Below, piece by piece: positions 1 through 12,954 of a DNA stretch of 64,000 bases. The stretch spans positions 74,441 to 138,440 of the forward strand of contig NIVC01002814.1 of NCBI GenBank assembly GCA_002269645.1, read 5' to 3'. Each line of letters opens with the position of its first letter. Position 1 is the first letter of the stretch. The notes beneath the pieces were generated by a model, which searched no databases, was not told the origin of the DNA, and worked only from the letters and a program-made list of their open reading frames with translations. Source of the stretch: Macrostomum lignano. Lineage: Eukaryota. Made by a program: the position numbers and the translations under genes.

Positions 1-755
1 TTTAAGGTTTTTTATTAATGCTAAGAGACAGTTTCCTTGATAAACATACATATTAGCAAAAATAGCCATAGACATTCTCATTGCTAATGATAGTAACATT
101 TATTAGGTATTCATTTTTTCTATCTCTATAAAGAAATCATTCTTTTAAGAAGTTTCAACTCAAGTTTTCTTATGGATATAAGGATATCCATGTGGATATA
201 GATATCTATAATATACAAATATAGATTGTAGCAACTATTGAGAAATTATAAATGAAATAATAAGTATTAGAAATGGGCCTTCATTGCAAGGGTTCCTTGA
301 TAGGCCTTATTTATTATTTTAAAGGGTTACTATCTTAGGAATATTACTATAATAACATCTACAATAGGACATGAAAAAAATTATTCTTTTAATGCAATAA
401 TTAGTTATTCATTTTCAGATATTGAACTTTTGAATTGAATCATCAAGTTTCCAAAATTATTGCATTATCATTGCATTATACTCGTAGTTCAAATAAATAT
501 ACAATTTACTTTTTAATTAAAAATGTATATGAATTTTTGTGATATTTTAAGCTTTACTTTAAAAAATAGGATTCTCTAGCTGTTATTTAAAAATATTAAA
601 ACAAAAATATCTCTGATTGAATGCACTGATTTTACCATTGAAGTGATTTGTAAACAATTAAATTAAATTAACTGCATGCATACACAACAGAGTTAAGCAT
701 CAGACATTGCTACCTTCTTTGGTTAAAATTTTGATACAATATAAAGCATTAAGCA

Positions 756-1123
756 ATGGGCTGCTGCATCAGCACAGTGGCTTGCTGCTTCTGCAGCTCG
801 GCCGCATCTCTCTGCTGCTCAGCTTGTCCTTCATGCCGCAGCTCAACCTCCACTCGGCTGATGTACTCGCTGCTGTTCCTGCTGAGCACCATTCTGTCCT
901 GCATCATGCTGGCTCCAGGCATGAAAACTCTTCTAGCCAAGGTGCCAGCCCTGTGCGACACCTACAAGATCGACACGTCGATTGGCAAAATTGACACGGG
1001 CGTGAAGAGCGGCTTCAATTGCGATCTTGTGCTCGGATTTGGTGCGGTCTATCGGGTAGAGTTCGGAGCCACGGCATTCTTTGTGCTAATGGCCCTGCTC
1101 ACTATTAAAGTGAGGCACAGCAA
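756..1123 (+). CDS. SERINC: Serine incorporator (SERINC/TDE family) exon 1 of 4
   Basis: Cys-rich N-terminus MGCCISTVACCFCSSAASLCCSACPSCRSSTSTRLMYSLLF typical of SERINC; donor AA|GTGAGT at 1124; joined exons give 1362 nt = 453 aa + stop. Confidence 0.93.
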
Positions 1124-1249
1124 GTGAGTACGTTTGACTGTGTACTTTTAGAGTCGCATGATTTTTATCTTTATATGCCCTTATTATCTCTGGTTGTCTT
1201 TTCCTTAAATTTCTCCTTTCCATCATCTCTTTGTCTCCCTTTCTTCATT

Positions 1250-2250
1250 CCTTCACCTCTCCCTTCCATCATCCCTTCAACTTCTTTTTCTTCATTCCAT
1301 CATCCCTTCATGTATCCCTTCCATCATCCCTTCATCTCTCTCTTCCATCATCACTACATCTCTCCCTTTCATCATCCCTTCATTTCTCCCTTCCATCATC
1401 CCTTCATCTGTCCTTTCCATCATCCCTTCATGTATCCCTTTCATCATCCCTTCATCTCTCCCTTCCATCATCCCTTCATGTATCCCTTTCATCATCCCTT
1501 CATCTCTCTCTTCCATCATACCTTCATCTCGCCCTTCCAGCATCCTTTTATCTCTCCCTTCTATCATCCCTTCATCTCTCTCTTCCATCATCACTACATC
1601 TCTCCCTTTCATCATCCCTTCATTTCTCCCTTCCATCATCCCTTCATCTCTCCCTTCCATCATCCCTTCATCTCTCCCTTCCATCATCCCTTCATATATC
1701 CCTTTCACCATCCCTTCATCTCTCCCTTCCATCATACCTTTATCTCGCCCTTCCAGCATCCTTTTATCTCTCCCTTCCATCATCCCTTCAGCTGTCCCTT
1801 CCATCATCCCTTCATCTCTCCCTTCCATCATCGCTACATCTGTCCCTTCCAGCATCCTTTTATCTATCCCTTCCAGCATCCCTTCATCTCTCTCTTCCAT
1901 CATCACTACATCTCTCCCTTTCATCATCCCTTCATTTCTCCCTTCCATCATCCCTTCATCTCTCCCTTCCATCATCCCTTCATCTCTCCCTTCCATCATC
2001 CCTTCATCTCTCCCTTCCATCATCCCTTCATGTATCCCTTTCATCATCCCTTCATCTCTCCCTTCCATCATACCTTCATGTCGCCCTTCCAGCATCCCTT
2101 CATCTCTCCCTTTCATCATCCCTTCATTTCTCCCTTCCATCATCCCTTCATCTGTCCCTTACATCATACCTTCATGTCGCCCTTCCAGCATCCTTTTATC
2201 TCTCCCTTCCAGCATCCCTTCATCTCTCCCTTCCACCATCCCTACGTTTC
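1250..2250. repeat. 24-bp C/T-rich minisatellite in SERINC intron 1
   Basis: Tandem CCTTCCATCATCCCTTCATCTCTC variants. Confidence 0.95.
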
Positions 2251-2347
2251 TTTTTATTACCCATTGATTTCCTGTTCACCTCGAACCGGCCTCTCCCACC
2301 AGCAGCCAGTCACGAGATTTCCACCCCTCTCGCCCCAATGCACCTAG

Positions 2348-2676
2348 AGACATACGCGCCACTCTGCACAACGGCTTCTGGTTCTTCAAACTGTTGGCCC
2401 TCATCCTACTGTGGGTCGGGGCATTCTTTATCCCGGCTAGCAGCGACTTCACCACAGTGTGGATGATCTTCGGCATGTGCGGCAGCCTGCTGTTCATCAT
2501 CATCCAGCTGGTACTGCTCATTGACTTTGCTCACTGTTGGAATGAAAGATGGACAGAAGGCTACGAAGAGTCTGGCAGTAACTGGTACTACTGCGGCCTG
2601 CTGTTCTTCACCGTGCTGTTCTACTCTGCCGCTATTGCGCTCACTGTCCTGCTCTACGTGTACTACGGGGCTAATG
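2348..2676 (+). CDS. SERINC: SERINC exon 2
   Basis: Acceptor CCTAG| at 2347; DIRATLHNGFWFFK and IIIQLVLLIDFAHCWNERW are SERINC motifs; donor G|GTGAGA at 2677. Confidence 0.93.
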
Positions 2677-2687
2677 GTGAGAGATAA

Positions 2688-3125
2688 AGGGATGGGGGCT
2701 GGCTTCCCTGAAGGGATGGGACCTGGCTTCCCTGAAGGAATGGGGGCTGTCTTCCCTGAAGGGATGGGGGCTGGCTTCCCTGAAGGGATGGGGGCTGGCT
2801 TCCCTGAAGGGATGGGGGCTGGCTGCCCTGAAGGGATGGGGGCTGGCTGCCCTGAAGGTGCAGGGACGGCTTCCTGAAGCGTCATAAGTAGCCTCCTGAA
2901 GCGCCATGAGTAGCTTCCTGAAGCGCCATGAGTAGCTTCCTGAAGCGTCACGAGTAGCTTCCTGAAGCGCCATGAGTAGCTTCCTGAAGCGACATGAGTA
3001 GCCTCCTGAAGCGACATGAGCAGCCTCCTGAAGCGACATGAGCAGCCTCCTGAAGCGACATGAGCAGCCTCCTGAAGCGACATGAGCAGCCTCCTGAAGC
3101 GACATGAGCAGCCTCCTGAAGCCAT
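2688..3125. repeat. Two adjacent minisatellites (24-bp then 22-bp unit) in SERINC intron 2
   Basis: GGGATGGGGGCTGGCTTCCCTGAA followed by GCGCCATGAGTAGCTTCCTGAA units. Confidence 0.93.
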
Positions 3126-3187
3126 GTGTACTCAATAATACCTCCATACATTCTCTACTGAATTAACGTTACCCTCCAAACCCGCAG

Positions 3188-3564
3188 CCCAATGCGTCAC
3201 AAACCAAGCCCTCATCTCGGTGAATCTGATCTTCTGCATCATTGCCAGCGCCATGTCGGTGCTGCCGGCAGTTCAGGAGCACCAGCGCTCCGGCCTGCTT
3301 CAGGGCGGCCTCATCTCTCTATACGTGATGTACCTGACCTGGTCTGCAGTGAGTTCCAGCACTCTGCCAGCCTGCAACCCGACACTCACGTTGAACAATT
3401 ACACTCGGCACAGTCCCGAAGGTAGCAGTAAACACAGCGAGACCTCTGTCGGAGTGGGATTCGAACTTCAGACTTGGGCAACTCTTGCCGTGTTCATTGT
3501 GGCCGTGCTGTACTCAACCCTGCGCACGTCGGCTCATAGCAGTGTCGGTCGATTAGACATGAAT
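3188..3564 (+). CDS. SERINC: SERINC exon 3
   Basis: Acceptor CCGCAG| at 3187; SGLLQGGLISLYVMYLTWSAVSS motif; donor AAT|GTAAGC at 3565. Confidence 0.92.
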
Positions 3565-3849
3565 GTAAGCTTTGAAATTATTTTGTGTTTCAAATTGTTT
3601 CATTCAAGTCCTATTGTGTTAATTGTTTATTTAATCAAGTTTTTCTTCAGTTTCAATTTGAAGTTTACTGTTTTTGCTTTGATTAATTTTTTAGACTCGG
3701 GATGGCATGGAAAATCCAATTCTTTTGGAGCCTGTTGAAGTAAGTTCCCAGCGTTTTAGCGAATTGGAAAGTATGAATTTTTGTTTGTCTACATTCTTAT
3801 TCTGTTTTAAAACTCTTCTTTCCGCTATATTCTGACTTTGTGAGAACTA

Positions 3850-4555
3850 ATACCCTGAGTACCCTTTGAGTAGATACTCTGAGTACCCTTGAGTAGCTAT
3901 CCTGAGTACCCTTGAGTAGCTATCCTGAGTACCCTTGAGTAGCTATCCTGAGTACCCTTGAGTAGCTATCCTGAGTACCCTTGAGTAGCTATCCTGAGTA
4001 CCCTTGAGTAGCTATCCTGAGTACCCTTGAGTAGCTATCCTGAGTACCCTTGAGTAGCTATCCTGAGTACCCTTGAGTAGCTATCCTGAGTACCCTTGAG
4101 TAGCTATCCTGAGTACCCTTGAGTAGCTATCCTGAGTACCCTTGAGTAGCTATCCTGAGTACCCTTGAGTAGCTATCCTGAGTACCCTTGAGTAGCTATC
4201 CTGAGTACCCTTGAGTAGCTATCCTGAGTACCCTTGAGTAGATACCCTTAAGACTCTTGCGTAGCTACCCTGAGGACCCTTGAGTAGCTACCCTGAGTAC
4301 CCTTGAGTAGCTACCCTGAGTACCCTTGAGTAGCTACCCTGAGGACCCTTGAGTAGCCACCCTGAGGACCCTTGAGTAGCTACCCTGAAGACCCTTGAGT
4401 AGCCACCCTGAGTACCCTTGAGTAGCTACCCTGAGGACCCTTGAGTAGCTATCCTGAGTACCCTCGAGTAGCTACCCTGAGGACCCTTGAGTAGCTATCC
4501 TGAGTACCCTCGAGTAGCTACCCTGAGGACCCTTGAGTAGCCACCCTGAGGACCC
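3850..4555. repeat. 23-bp minisatellite in SERINC intron 3
   Basis: Tandem CCTGAGTACCCTTGAGTAGCTAT. Confidence 0.95.
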
Positions 4556-4692
4556 TTCTTTTAGTTTCTTTCAACTTAAACCCTTTCTTTTTTATCCAAA
4601 CGACATTAATCTTTTATTTAAAAATAATTCCCCTGTCTCCTACTGACGAAAGTAGAACATGGCGCTTATTAATCTCTTCTGTAAATTTACAG

Positions 4693-4980
4693 ACTAATGA
4701 CAATTCTAGCGGTCAGGACAAGGAAGGTCAAACCATTGTAAACGACGAAGAGGAATGCGTTACTTATAGCTACTGCATGCTGCACGTGATGCTGGCTCTG
4801 GCCTCGCTGTACGTAATGATGACCATCACTAACTGGTACAGCCCGAGCTCCAATCTGCAGACTATGCAAACCAACAATGCCGCCCTGTGGATTAAGACGG
4901 TTTCATCTTGGCTATGCCTACTGTTGTACGTGTGGACCCTCTGGGCTCCCGTTGTACTTCAGGACAGAGATTTCTCGTGA
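4693..4980 (+). CDS. SERINC: SERINC exon 4 (C-terminus)
   Basis: Acceptor TTTACAG| at 4692; NDEEECVTYSY, LASLYVMMTITNWY and WIKTVSSWLCLLLYVWTLWAPVVLQDRDFS* match the SERINC C-terminus. Confidence 0.93.
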   Translation, partial: TNDNSSGQDKEGQTIVNDEEECVTYSYCMLHVMLALASLYVMMTITNWYSPSSNLQTMQTNNAALWIKTVSSWLCLLLYVWTLWAPVVLQDRDFS

Positions 4981-5049
4981 AGAAAAGAAAAGGACTCTTT
5001 TTATTCGCAAAACTTTGATATTTTTAGTTGCTGTATCGTGTGATTGTCG

Positions 5050-5910
5050 TGTAGCCAATCAGCGACGAGATGGGGTTGAGGGAGAAGTTAGGGTCAGCCG
5101 ACGAGTCTAGAATTTCGGCCAGCCAATCACCGACGAGAATGGGTTGGGGAAGAAGTTAGGGTCAGCCAACGAGTGAGTCTAGAATGTCAGCCAGCCAATC
5201 AGCGACGAGAATGGGGTTGGGGAAGAAGTCAGGGTCAGCTGACGAATCTAGAATGTCGGCTAGTCAATCAGCGACGAGATGGGGTCGGGGGAGAAGTTAG
5301 GGTCAGTCAGCTGACGAGTCTAGAATGTCGGCCACCCAATCAGCGACGAGATGGGGTTGGGGGAGAAGTTAGGGTCAGCCGACGAGTCTAGAATGTCGGC
5401 CAGCCTATCAGCGACAAGAATGGGTTGGGGGAGAAGTTAGGATCAGTCAGCTGACGAGTCTAGAATGTCGGCCGGCCAATCAGCGACAAGAATGGGTTGG
5501 GGGAGAAGTTAGGGTCAGTCAGCTGACGAGTCTAGAATGTCGGCCAGCCAATCAGCGACAAGAATGGGTTGGGGGAGAAGTTAGGGTCAGTCAGCTGACG
5601 AGTCTAAAATGTCGGCCGGCCAATCAGCGACAAGAATGGGTTGGGGGAGAAGTTAGGGTCAGCCGACGAGTCTAGAATGTCGGCCAGCCAATCAGCGACA
5701 AGAATGGGTTGGGGGAGAAGTTAGGGTCAGTCAGCTGACGAGTCTAGAATGTCGGCCAGCCAATTAACGACTAGAATGGGGTTGGGGGAGAAGTTAGGGT
5801 TGGCTGACGAGTCTAGAATGTCAGCCGGCCAATCAGCGACGAGATGGGTTGGGAGAGAAGTTAGGGTCAGCTGACGAGTCTAGAATTTCGGCCAGCCAAT
5901 CAGCGACGAG
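5050..5910. repeat. 68-72-bp minisatellite downstream of the SERINC stop, possibly in the 3' UTR
   Basis: About 12 copies of AGCCAATCAGCGAC...GTCAGCTGACGAGTCTAGAATGTCGGCC; AATAAA at ~5954 just after the array. Confidence 0.93.
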
Positions 5911-6957
5911 TGTATTGTGGTTTAAATGAATGTACTTTTACATTTTACTTTTCAATAAACACTCAAATTGAGTGAAAGATATTGTTTTAACGTCAGCAAA
6001 ATGGAAGTTCAAAACATGTTAACATCGAAATAGTCATTCTAAAGCGATTATGTTTGTATTTTCTGAAACCATTCTTCAATGATAAAAGTCATAAAATATC
6101 AATATTACTAACAATTTTATCGCGAATATTATTATGTTTTTAAGTTTCAATGCTTCTGCCGCTTCTAGTCCCTTTTATTTTTTAGTTGCAAAAACCCTAG
6201 CTTTTTACCTGCTTTTGTGTTTACAGCAACTAAAGATTTAGAAAGACGTTGTATTTTTGTAGCCTGTATGCGCAGTTATTATCTTATACGTTAGTCAGTC
6301 CAATCAGTCTTTGTTCGTGTAATCCCCCCCTATCACGTTTTCTACTCTTTGTTTTATAATTATCACCTCTGTTATCGGGAAAACAAGTTCCCACAATTTC
6401 ATGCCTGCGTGTGAAGCAAGCAGCTTTAATGATCCAACTTTTGCTATTCCTCTGTCAGACCCCTGCTTGATTGGCGTGTCTCGTTAGTTAGCCCACACAC
6501 CTGCACGAATTTCTGATAGCTTTTTATTGCACCCTGAGAAAAAAACGGGTTATTTCTGTTTTATAAATACAGAACTACTAACTATATTATCGACCTGAGA
6601 TAAATTGTTGGATTATGCGTTTTTAGATTACTTGAATTTACTTCTACATTATTTGCAGCAGCAGTTCTATAGTTCTAGTCGTGCCCCTAATCAATAAATA
6701 TTGATTTTATAGATTTTAAGTCAACGCCAATAGACTGGCAAGTGTTCAGAAAAGTCTTCGAATAATAATAAGTTTGTTATTGTATGTAGGTTTAGAGATA
6801 GTAAATATGCGATTTAAATATTAATTATTCTGACAATATTCTCTCAAGTAGCTTATGGGCGATAGCGATGGGTATTAGAATCTTTAAATGTACTTGCGCA
6901 TAAAAAACATACAGACATCTGGGGAAGAGGTACGTGTACTTGCAGCGTCACTCAGCA

Positions 6958-7980
6958 GATAATCTGGTAGATGAAGCAGCGCTACCTACTAGAGAATCTG
7001 CTAGATGAAGCAGCGCTACCCACTAGAGAATCTGGTAGATGAAGCAGCGCTACCCACTAGAGAATCTGGTAGATGAAGCAACGCTACCCACTAGAGAATC
7101 TGGTAGATAAAGCAGCGCTACCCACTAGAGAATCTGGTAGATGAAGCAACGCTACCCACTAGAGAATCTGGTAGATGAAGCAACGCTACCCACTAGAGAA
7201 TCTGGTAGATGAAGCAGCGCTACCTTACTAGAGAATCTGGTAGATGAAGCAGCGCTACCCACTAGAGAATCTGGTAGATGAAGCAGCGCTACCCACTAGA
7301 GAATCTGGTAGATGAAGCAGCGCTACCTACTAGAGAATCTGGTAGATGAAGCAGCGCTACCCACTAGAGAATCTGGTAGATGAAGCAACGCTACCCAATA
7401 GAGAATCTGGTAGATAAAGCAGCGCTACCCACTAGAGAATCTGGTAGATGAAGCAGCGCTACCCACTAGAGAATCTGGTAGATGAAGCAACGCTACCCAC
7501 TAGAGAATCTGGTAGATGAAGCAGCGCTACCCAATAGAGGATCTGGTAGATGAAGCAGCGCTACCCAATAGAGAATCTGGTAGATGAAGCAGCGCTACCC
7601 ACTAGAGAATCTGGTAGATGAAGCAGCGCTACCCACTAGAGAATCTGGTAGATGAAGCAGCGCTACCTACTAGAGAATCTGGTAGATGAAGCAGCGCTAC
7701 CCACTAGAGAATCTGGTAGATGAAGCAACGCTACCCAATAGAGAATCTGGTAGATAAAGCAGCGCTACCCACTAGAGAATCTGGTAGATGAAGCAGCGCT
7801 ACCCACTAGAGAATCTGGTAGATGAAGCAACGCTACCCACTAGAGAATCTGGTAGATGAAGCAGCGCTACCCAATAGAGGATCTGGTAGATGAAGCAGCG
7901 CTACCCAATAGAGAATCTGGTAGATGAAGCAGCGCTTCCCAATAGAGAATCTGGTAGATGAAGCAGCGTTACCCACTACA
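6958..7980. repeat. 34-bp minisatellite, about 30 copies
   Basis: Tandem GAGAATCTGGTAGATGAAGCAGCGCTACCCACTA. Confidence 0.96.
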
Positions 7981-8212
7981 GAGGACTTCGTGAATTTAAC
8001 CGCTCCTAGAGGTGAACATGGAACGTATTCAGAGTCGACAACATAAAAAATTGGTGATGGTGATGAATAAACGTTTCTTACGGAGGCAGTGAGGAACGTG
8101 GAAACACCAGAGCTGTTATTAATACTACTACTATGACTAATTCTGACAATAGTACAGCCCTGAACTTATCAATATACAGGTTAGTCATCAAACGCAAATC
8201 GCTCGCGTGGCC

Positions 8213-9141
8213 TCAGAACCGAGTCGTCTCGGTCTCATAATCCGGCATCGGCTCCGGATTCCTGACCAGCAGTACGTCCGTGCTGTAGGCACTGCGAGTT
8301 GCTCCCATTGTCCGCATGTCCCACCACACTGTATTCCTGTTGGACGAATCTTCCTCTGCTGCCGCAGGCGAGGTTGACGACGGCGGTGGAGGCTGCGGCG
8401 CCTGACTTTTCAGTACCCGAGGCCCCGGAGACGGGGTAGCAACCGCACTAGCGGTAGGGTTAACATTGGCCGGCCCTGCAATGTGCTGCATGTTATTGTT
8501 GGGATGGTAAATCTTGGCATCCGTGTAGGTGAAGGTGTGCAAGCTCTTTCGGCTGGCCAGCTGGTGCGGCGACTGAGGCGGCGGCGGCTGCTGCTGCTGC
8601 GATGCAAAAGCGGTCGTTGGTGTTGAGCCTCCAGAATGCCTGCGCTGCCTCTGCTGCTGCTGTTGCTGTTGCTGCTGCCAGTAGGTCTGATTTCCTGCCC
8701 AGCGTTGCTGCTCCTGCTCAGGTAGTGGCTTCCGACTCTTGCGTCGGAACAGGTTGGTAAGTCGGCCCTTGAGTGTGTGACCGCCGCCGCGGTGGCCGTC
8801 GCCTCCTGCTTGTTGACCTGGCATATACAGACTGCGCCTACTGTCTGACGAGAACTTCCTTGAAAGACTTCCATTATTGACCGCCCATGGCTGCGGCTGC
8901 TGGCTCAGCGGTCGAGGCGTTGGAGCAAACAGATTTGTCCTGCGGCTGGTGCTGTCCGGCTCTTTCGCTCTGGTGTACACTGTTTGGTGCACAATCGTGG
9001 CGGCACTGCTGGCGCTTGCGGCGCGTTCCGGCGGCTTCGCTGACGACTGGTGCTGCGTCAGTGGCGGCGGCGGCGGTGGCGGCGCCTTGTTTGGCATGTA
9101 GGCGGTCCTTCGCTGCCGCGGTTGCTGGTCAGTGAACTGCT

Positions 9142-9176
<35 letters not shown>

Positions 9177-9367
9177 GAGTCGGTGACTGTGCCCCTGACC
9201 ATCCGGCTCGCCTGTCCTCGAAGTCGAACGTCGGCAACTTCGCTACCGCCGTCGCTGCTGCTCTCAGCACCAAAGCTTATGGAGCTGACAACCTCTTCTA
9301 GGGCCGGGTGCTTCGGCTGCTGCTGCTGCGGTGGAACAGGCGCTTTGGCTAGCTTTCTCGCTGCCAT
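8213..9367 (-). CDS. Single-exon 384-aa Q/P/S-rich, probably disordered protein of unknown family
   Basis: Long GC-rich ORF outside tandem repeats, with polyQ tracts, an in-frame stop shortly upstream of the ATG, an acceptor-like AG just upstream, and C-terminus ETTRF. Confidence 0.75.
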
Positions 9368-10334
9368 TGCGTCTTAGAATTGTCCAAGTAGATTCACTGC
9401 AAACCAGCGGCAGTGGGTCCAAAAAAGACCCAGCGAGCAACTAAGGGCGCGGGTCTGTGGGCGTATTCTCTTGCTTTTCTAATTGTTTCACGAAAATTTA
9501 TATTGTTCCAGTGTCTGTGCCAAAAAGGTTGTCTCGGATTTTTGTGGCGAAGATAAGGGCGATGGAGAGGCAGAGAAGCTTGGGTCTTGAGGCTGGAATG
9601 GGTGGGACGGCTATGTGCTCGGATCCACCCACACAGCTCTGGGCTCCTGAGACCATGAATAGAAGAAAGAGAGAGAGACGGCTCACTGTCTTGTACCTTC
9701 TATCTCTTCTCCAGTTGTCCATCTCCATTGTACTAAGCTGCGTATGACTCATTGTCCAACTGCAGGTTTGGGACGAGATTTCGCGCTCAGATGCTTGGAT
9801 AAGGCGCGGTTAAGACCACAATGGGAGCAACCCTATAGCGACTGTCGCATTGAGGGGGGGGGGGGTCCGCCGCCACTGCGTATTGCGCGATCGACCTTGC
9901 CGCGACATCGAAGGCACGCCTAAAAGTACATAGCGTATAGGTCGGGCAGTTAATTCGCACATTCACTCACTAATTCACTCAACAATTCATTCCTTCACTT
10001 TTTTATTCACTTACTCGTTCACTCACTTATTCTTTGCTCTTAACCCCACAATAAGTAAGGACTAGTCTGTCTCATCCTATAATTTCTAATGTCCCAGCTG
10101 AAATACCCACCAGTCCATGCCGATAGCGTTGTTAAAAGTCTAACTTTCTTCCCCATTGCTGTCTAGACTAGGAAGAGCCCTCGCGCATCAATCAGTCAGT
10201 TTTTCTGATCTTCCAGTCCCTTTAATTTATGAGTTAGACTGCAGACGAAAGTCGCTTGCCTGACTGACTCACACGGTGAGGTGTTGACTCACTGAGTGCA
10301 CTTTAATACTAAACCCCTCAGCGGTATACACTCT

Positions 10335-11135
10335 GATCTACATCTGATCTACCTCTGATCTACCTCTGATCTACCTCTGATCTACCTCTGATCTACCTCT
10401 GATCTACCTCTGATCTACCTCTGATCTACCTCTGATCTACCACGGATCTACCTCTGATGTACCTCTGATCTACCTCTGATCTACCTCTGATCTACCTCTG
10501 ATCTACCACTGATCTACCTCTGATGTACCTCTGATCTACCTCTGATCTACCACGGATCTACCTCTGATGTACCTCTGATGTACCACGGATCTACCTCTGA
10601 TCTACCTCTGATCTACCACGGATCTACCTTTGATGTACCTCTGATGTACCTCTGATCTACCTCTGATCTACCTCTGATCTACCACTGATCTACCACTGAT
10701 CTACCTCTGATCTACCTCTGATCTACCACGGATCTACCTCTGATCTACCTCTGATCTACCTCTGATCTACCTCTGATCTACCTCTGATCTACCTCTGATC
10801 TACCTCTGATCTACCTCTGATCTACCACGGATCTACCTCTGATGTACCTCTGATGTACCACGGATCTACCTCTGATCTACCTCTGATCTACCACGGATCT
10901 ACCTCTGATCTACCTCTGATCTACCTCTGATCTACCACTGATCTACCTCTGATGTACCTCTGATCTACCTCTGATCTACCACGGATCTACCTCTGATGTA
11001 CCTCTGATGTACCACGGATCTACCTCTGATCTACCTCTGATCTACCACTGATCTACCACTGATCTACCTCTGATCTACCTCTGATCTACCACGGATCTAC
11101 CTCTTATCTACTTCTTATCTACCTCTGATCTACCT
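10335..11135. repeat. 11-bp minisatellite
   Basis: Tandem CTCTGATCTAC with CACGGATCTAC variants. Confidence 0.96.
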
Positions 11136-11577
11136 CTCGTCAACTTTTCACCAACTTCTTAACAACCTCTCGTATGCATCTTATCTCCCTCTAATCTACC
11201 TGCAATTCTACCCTCATCAAAGCATAAAATTTTTGTCTCACAGTGGCATACAGTGCAACTCTACAGCAGCCATTTGCTGCTCACCTCATCTTTCCTCTCC
11301 TTCGCTGAGAGTTTTATTACAAATAAAAGTTAACAAATAGAGCAGATTTACAATAGCATGCCGTGAGACTTGTTTTACTTGAGTGCCTCATTTGGTCTGA
11401 GAAATTTTCGGTTATATTCTTTTCTCCTTAGCATCGTTTTAGCTGACTGAGTACAAGTGGCCACTTTGTGAAAAATGAAATGAGTTTTACTGGTTGTAGC
11501 TTTGCGCTTGCAAATGAATGAATAAAAATTAGAAAGAGACCCTTTGCTTTGGTAGAAATCTGTCAACGTCGAATGTA

Positions 11578-12420
11578 ATGTACCATGTGTCTCATCATGT
11601 GTCTTTTCATGTCTCTCATGTGTCTTCTTGTGTTTCCCTCCCCCATGTCTCTCATGTGTCTTGTGTCTTCTTATGTGTCTTATGTCTTCTCATGTCTCTC
11701 ATGTCTCTCATGTGTCTCATGTCTTCTCATGTCTTTTCATGTCCTTCATGTCCCTCATGTCTCTCATGAGTCTCATGTCTTCTCATGCTTTTTCATGTCT
11801 TCTCATGCTTTTTCATGTCCTTCATGTCTCTCATGTGTCTCTCATGTCTCTCATGTGTCTCTCATGTCTCTCATGTCTCTTATTTCTCTCACGTGTCTCT
11901 CATGTCTCTCATGTCTCTCATGTCTCTTATTTCTCTCACGTGTCTCTCATGTCTCTCATGTCTCTCATGTCTCTCATATCTCTCTCGTGACTCTCGTGTA
12001 TCTTCTTATGTCTCTCATATGACTCACACGTGTCTCATGTGTCTTCTCATGTGTCTCATGGGTCTCATGTCTCTTATGTGTCTTATGTCTTCTTATGTGT
12101 CTTATATCTTCTCATGTCTCTCATGTGTCTCATGTATTCTCGTGTCTTTTCATGTCCTTCTTCATGTCCCTTATGTCTCTCATGAGTCTCATGTCTTCTC
12201 ATGCTTTTTCATGTCCTTCATGTCTCTCATGTGTCTCTCATGTCTCTTATGCCTCTCACGTGTCTCTCATGTCTCTCATGTCTTTCATGTGTCTCTCATG
12301 TGTCTTCTCATGTGTCTCATGTGTCTCATGTCTCTCATGTGTCTCTCATGTATCTTATGTGTCTCTCATGTCTCTCAAGTCTCTCATGTCTCACTCTTCT
12401 AATGTCTCCCAAATGTCTTC
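11578..12420. repeat. Degenerate ~9-11-bp satellite (CATGTCTCT)
   Basis: Repeated CATGTCTCT/CATGTGTCT motifs; produces spurious S/C/L/M-rich ORFs. Confidence 0.92.
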
Positions 12421-12954
12421 TTCTCACATCTCTCCCAGCTTTTATTTCTCCGATCTCTCTTCTCACCCTCTCTTCTCATTCGCATACTAAAATATGCCTT
12501 TAAAATGAATCAGTGAAAAGGATTCTGGCAAGCAAGTTATGGCAAGCATGCTTAGTTTTTGAGCAGTAGTGCTATTTTTTAGGCAAAATCCAGCTACTCA
12601 TACTACTGAATTTACTTCCGATGAAATAATGCTCAGAGCGAGGCAGTTGAAACGCAAAAGATTCGGTTTTTTATGCTTTTTTACAAATGAGTTAATAAAA
12701 CTGATTTTTTTAAAATGAAATAGGCCGAACAATGGGATCTTGGTAATAATATTAATAATATACAACGAAAATGACTTATAACTACAGGTAAATATTACGG
12801 GGAGTATGCCAGTTAATGATGAGAACATAAGCAGATATCCGTAATGTAATATTGATGCTATTAAAATGTGATGAACAACTAATTACTCTGATGCAGTCAT
12901 GCTTGTCCTGTGTTGCTGCATTTTAATGACAAGGGGAGCAATGTTTATTAGGCC

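Noticed and set aside
5050-5910. Hammerhead ribozyme resemblance (CTGACGA-GTC...GAC-GAGA) in the repeat unit
   Set aside because: The core has GAGA or AAGA instead of GAAA, and no stem III or cleavage triplet can be formed; CTGAC comes from the GTCAGCTGAC palindrome
11285-11304. 20-nt minus-strand micro-exon (CTCTCAG|...|GTGAGC)
   Set aside because: Splice signals alone are common by chance, and no frame linkage to a gene could be shown
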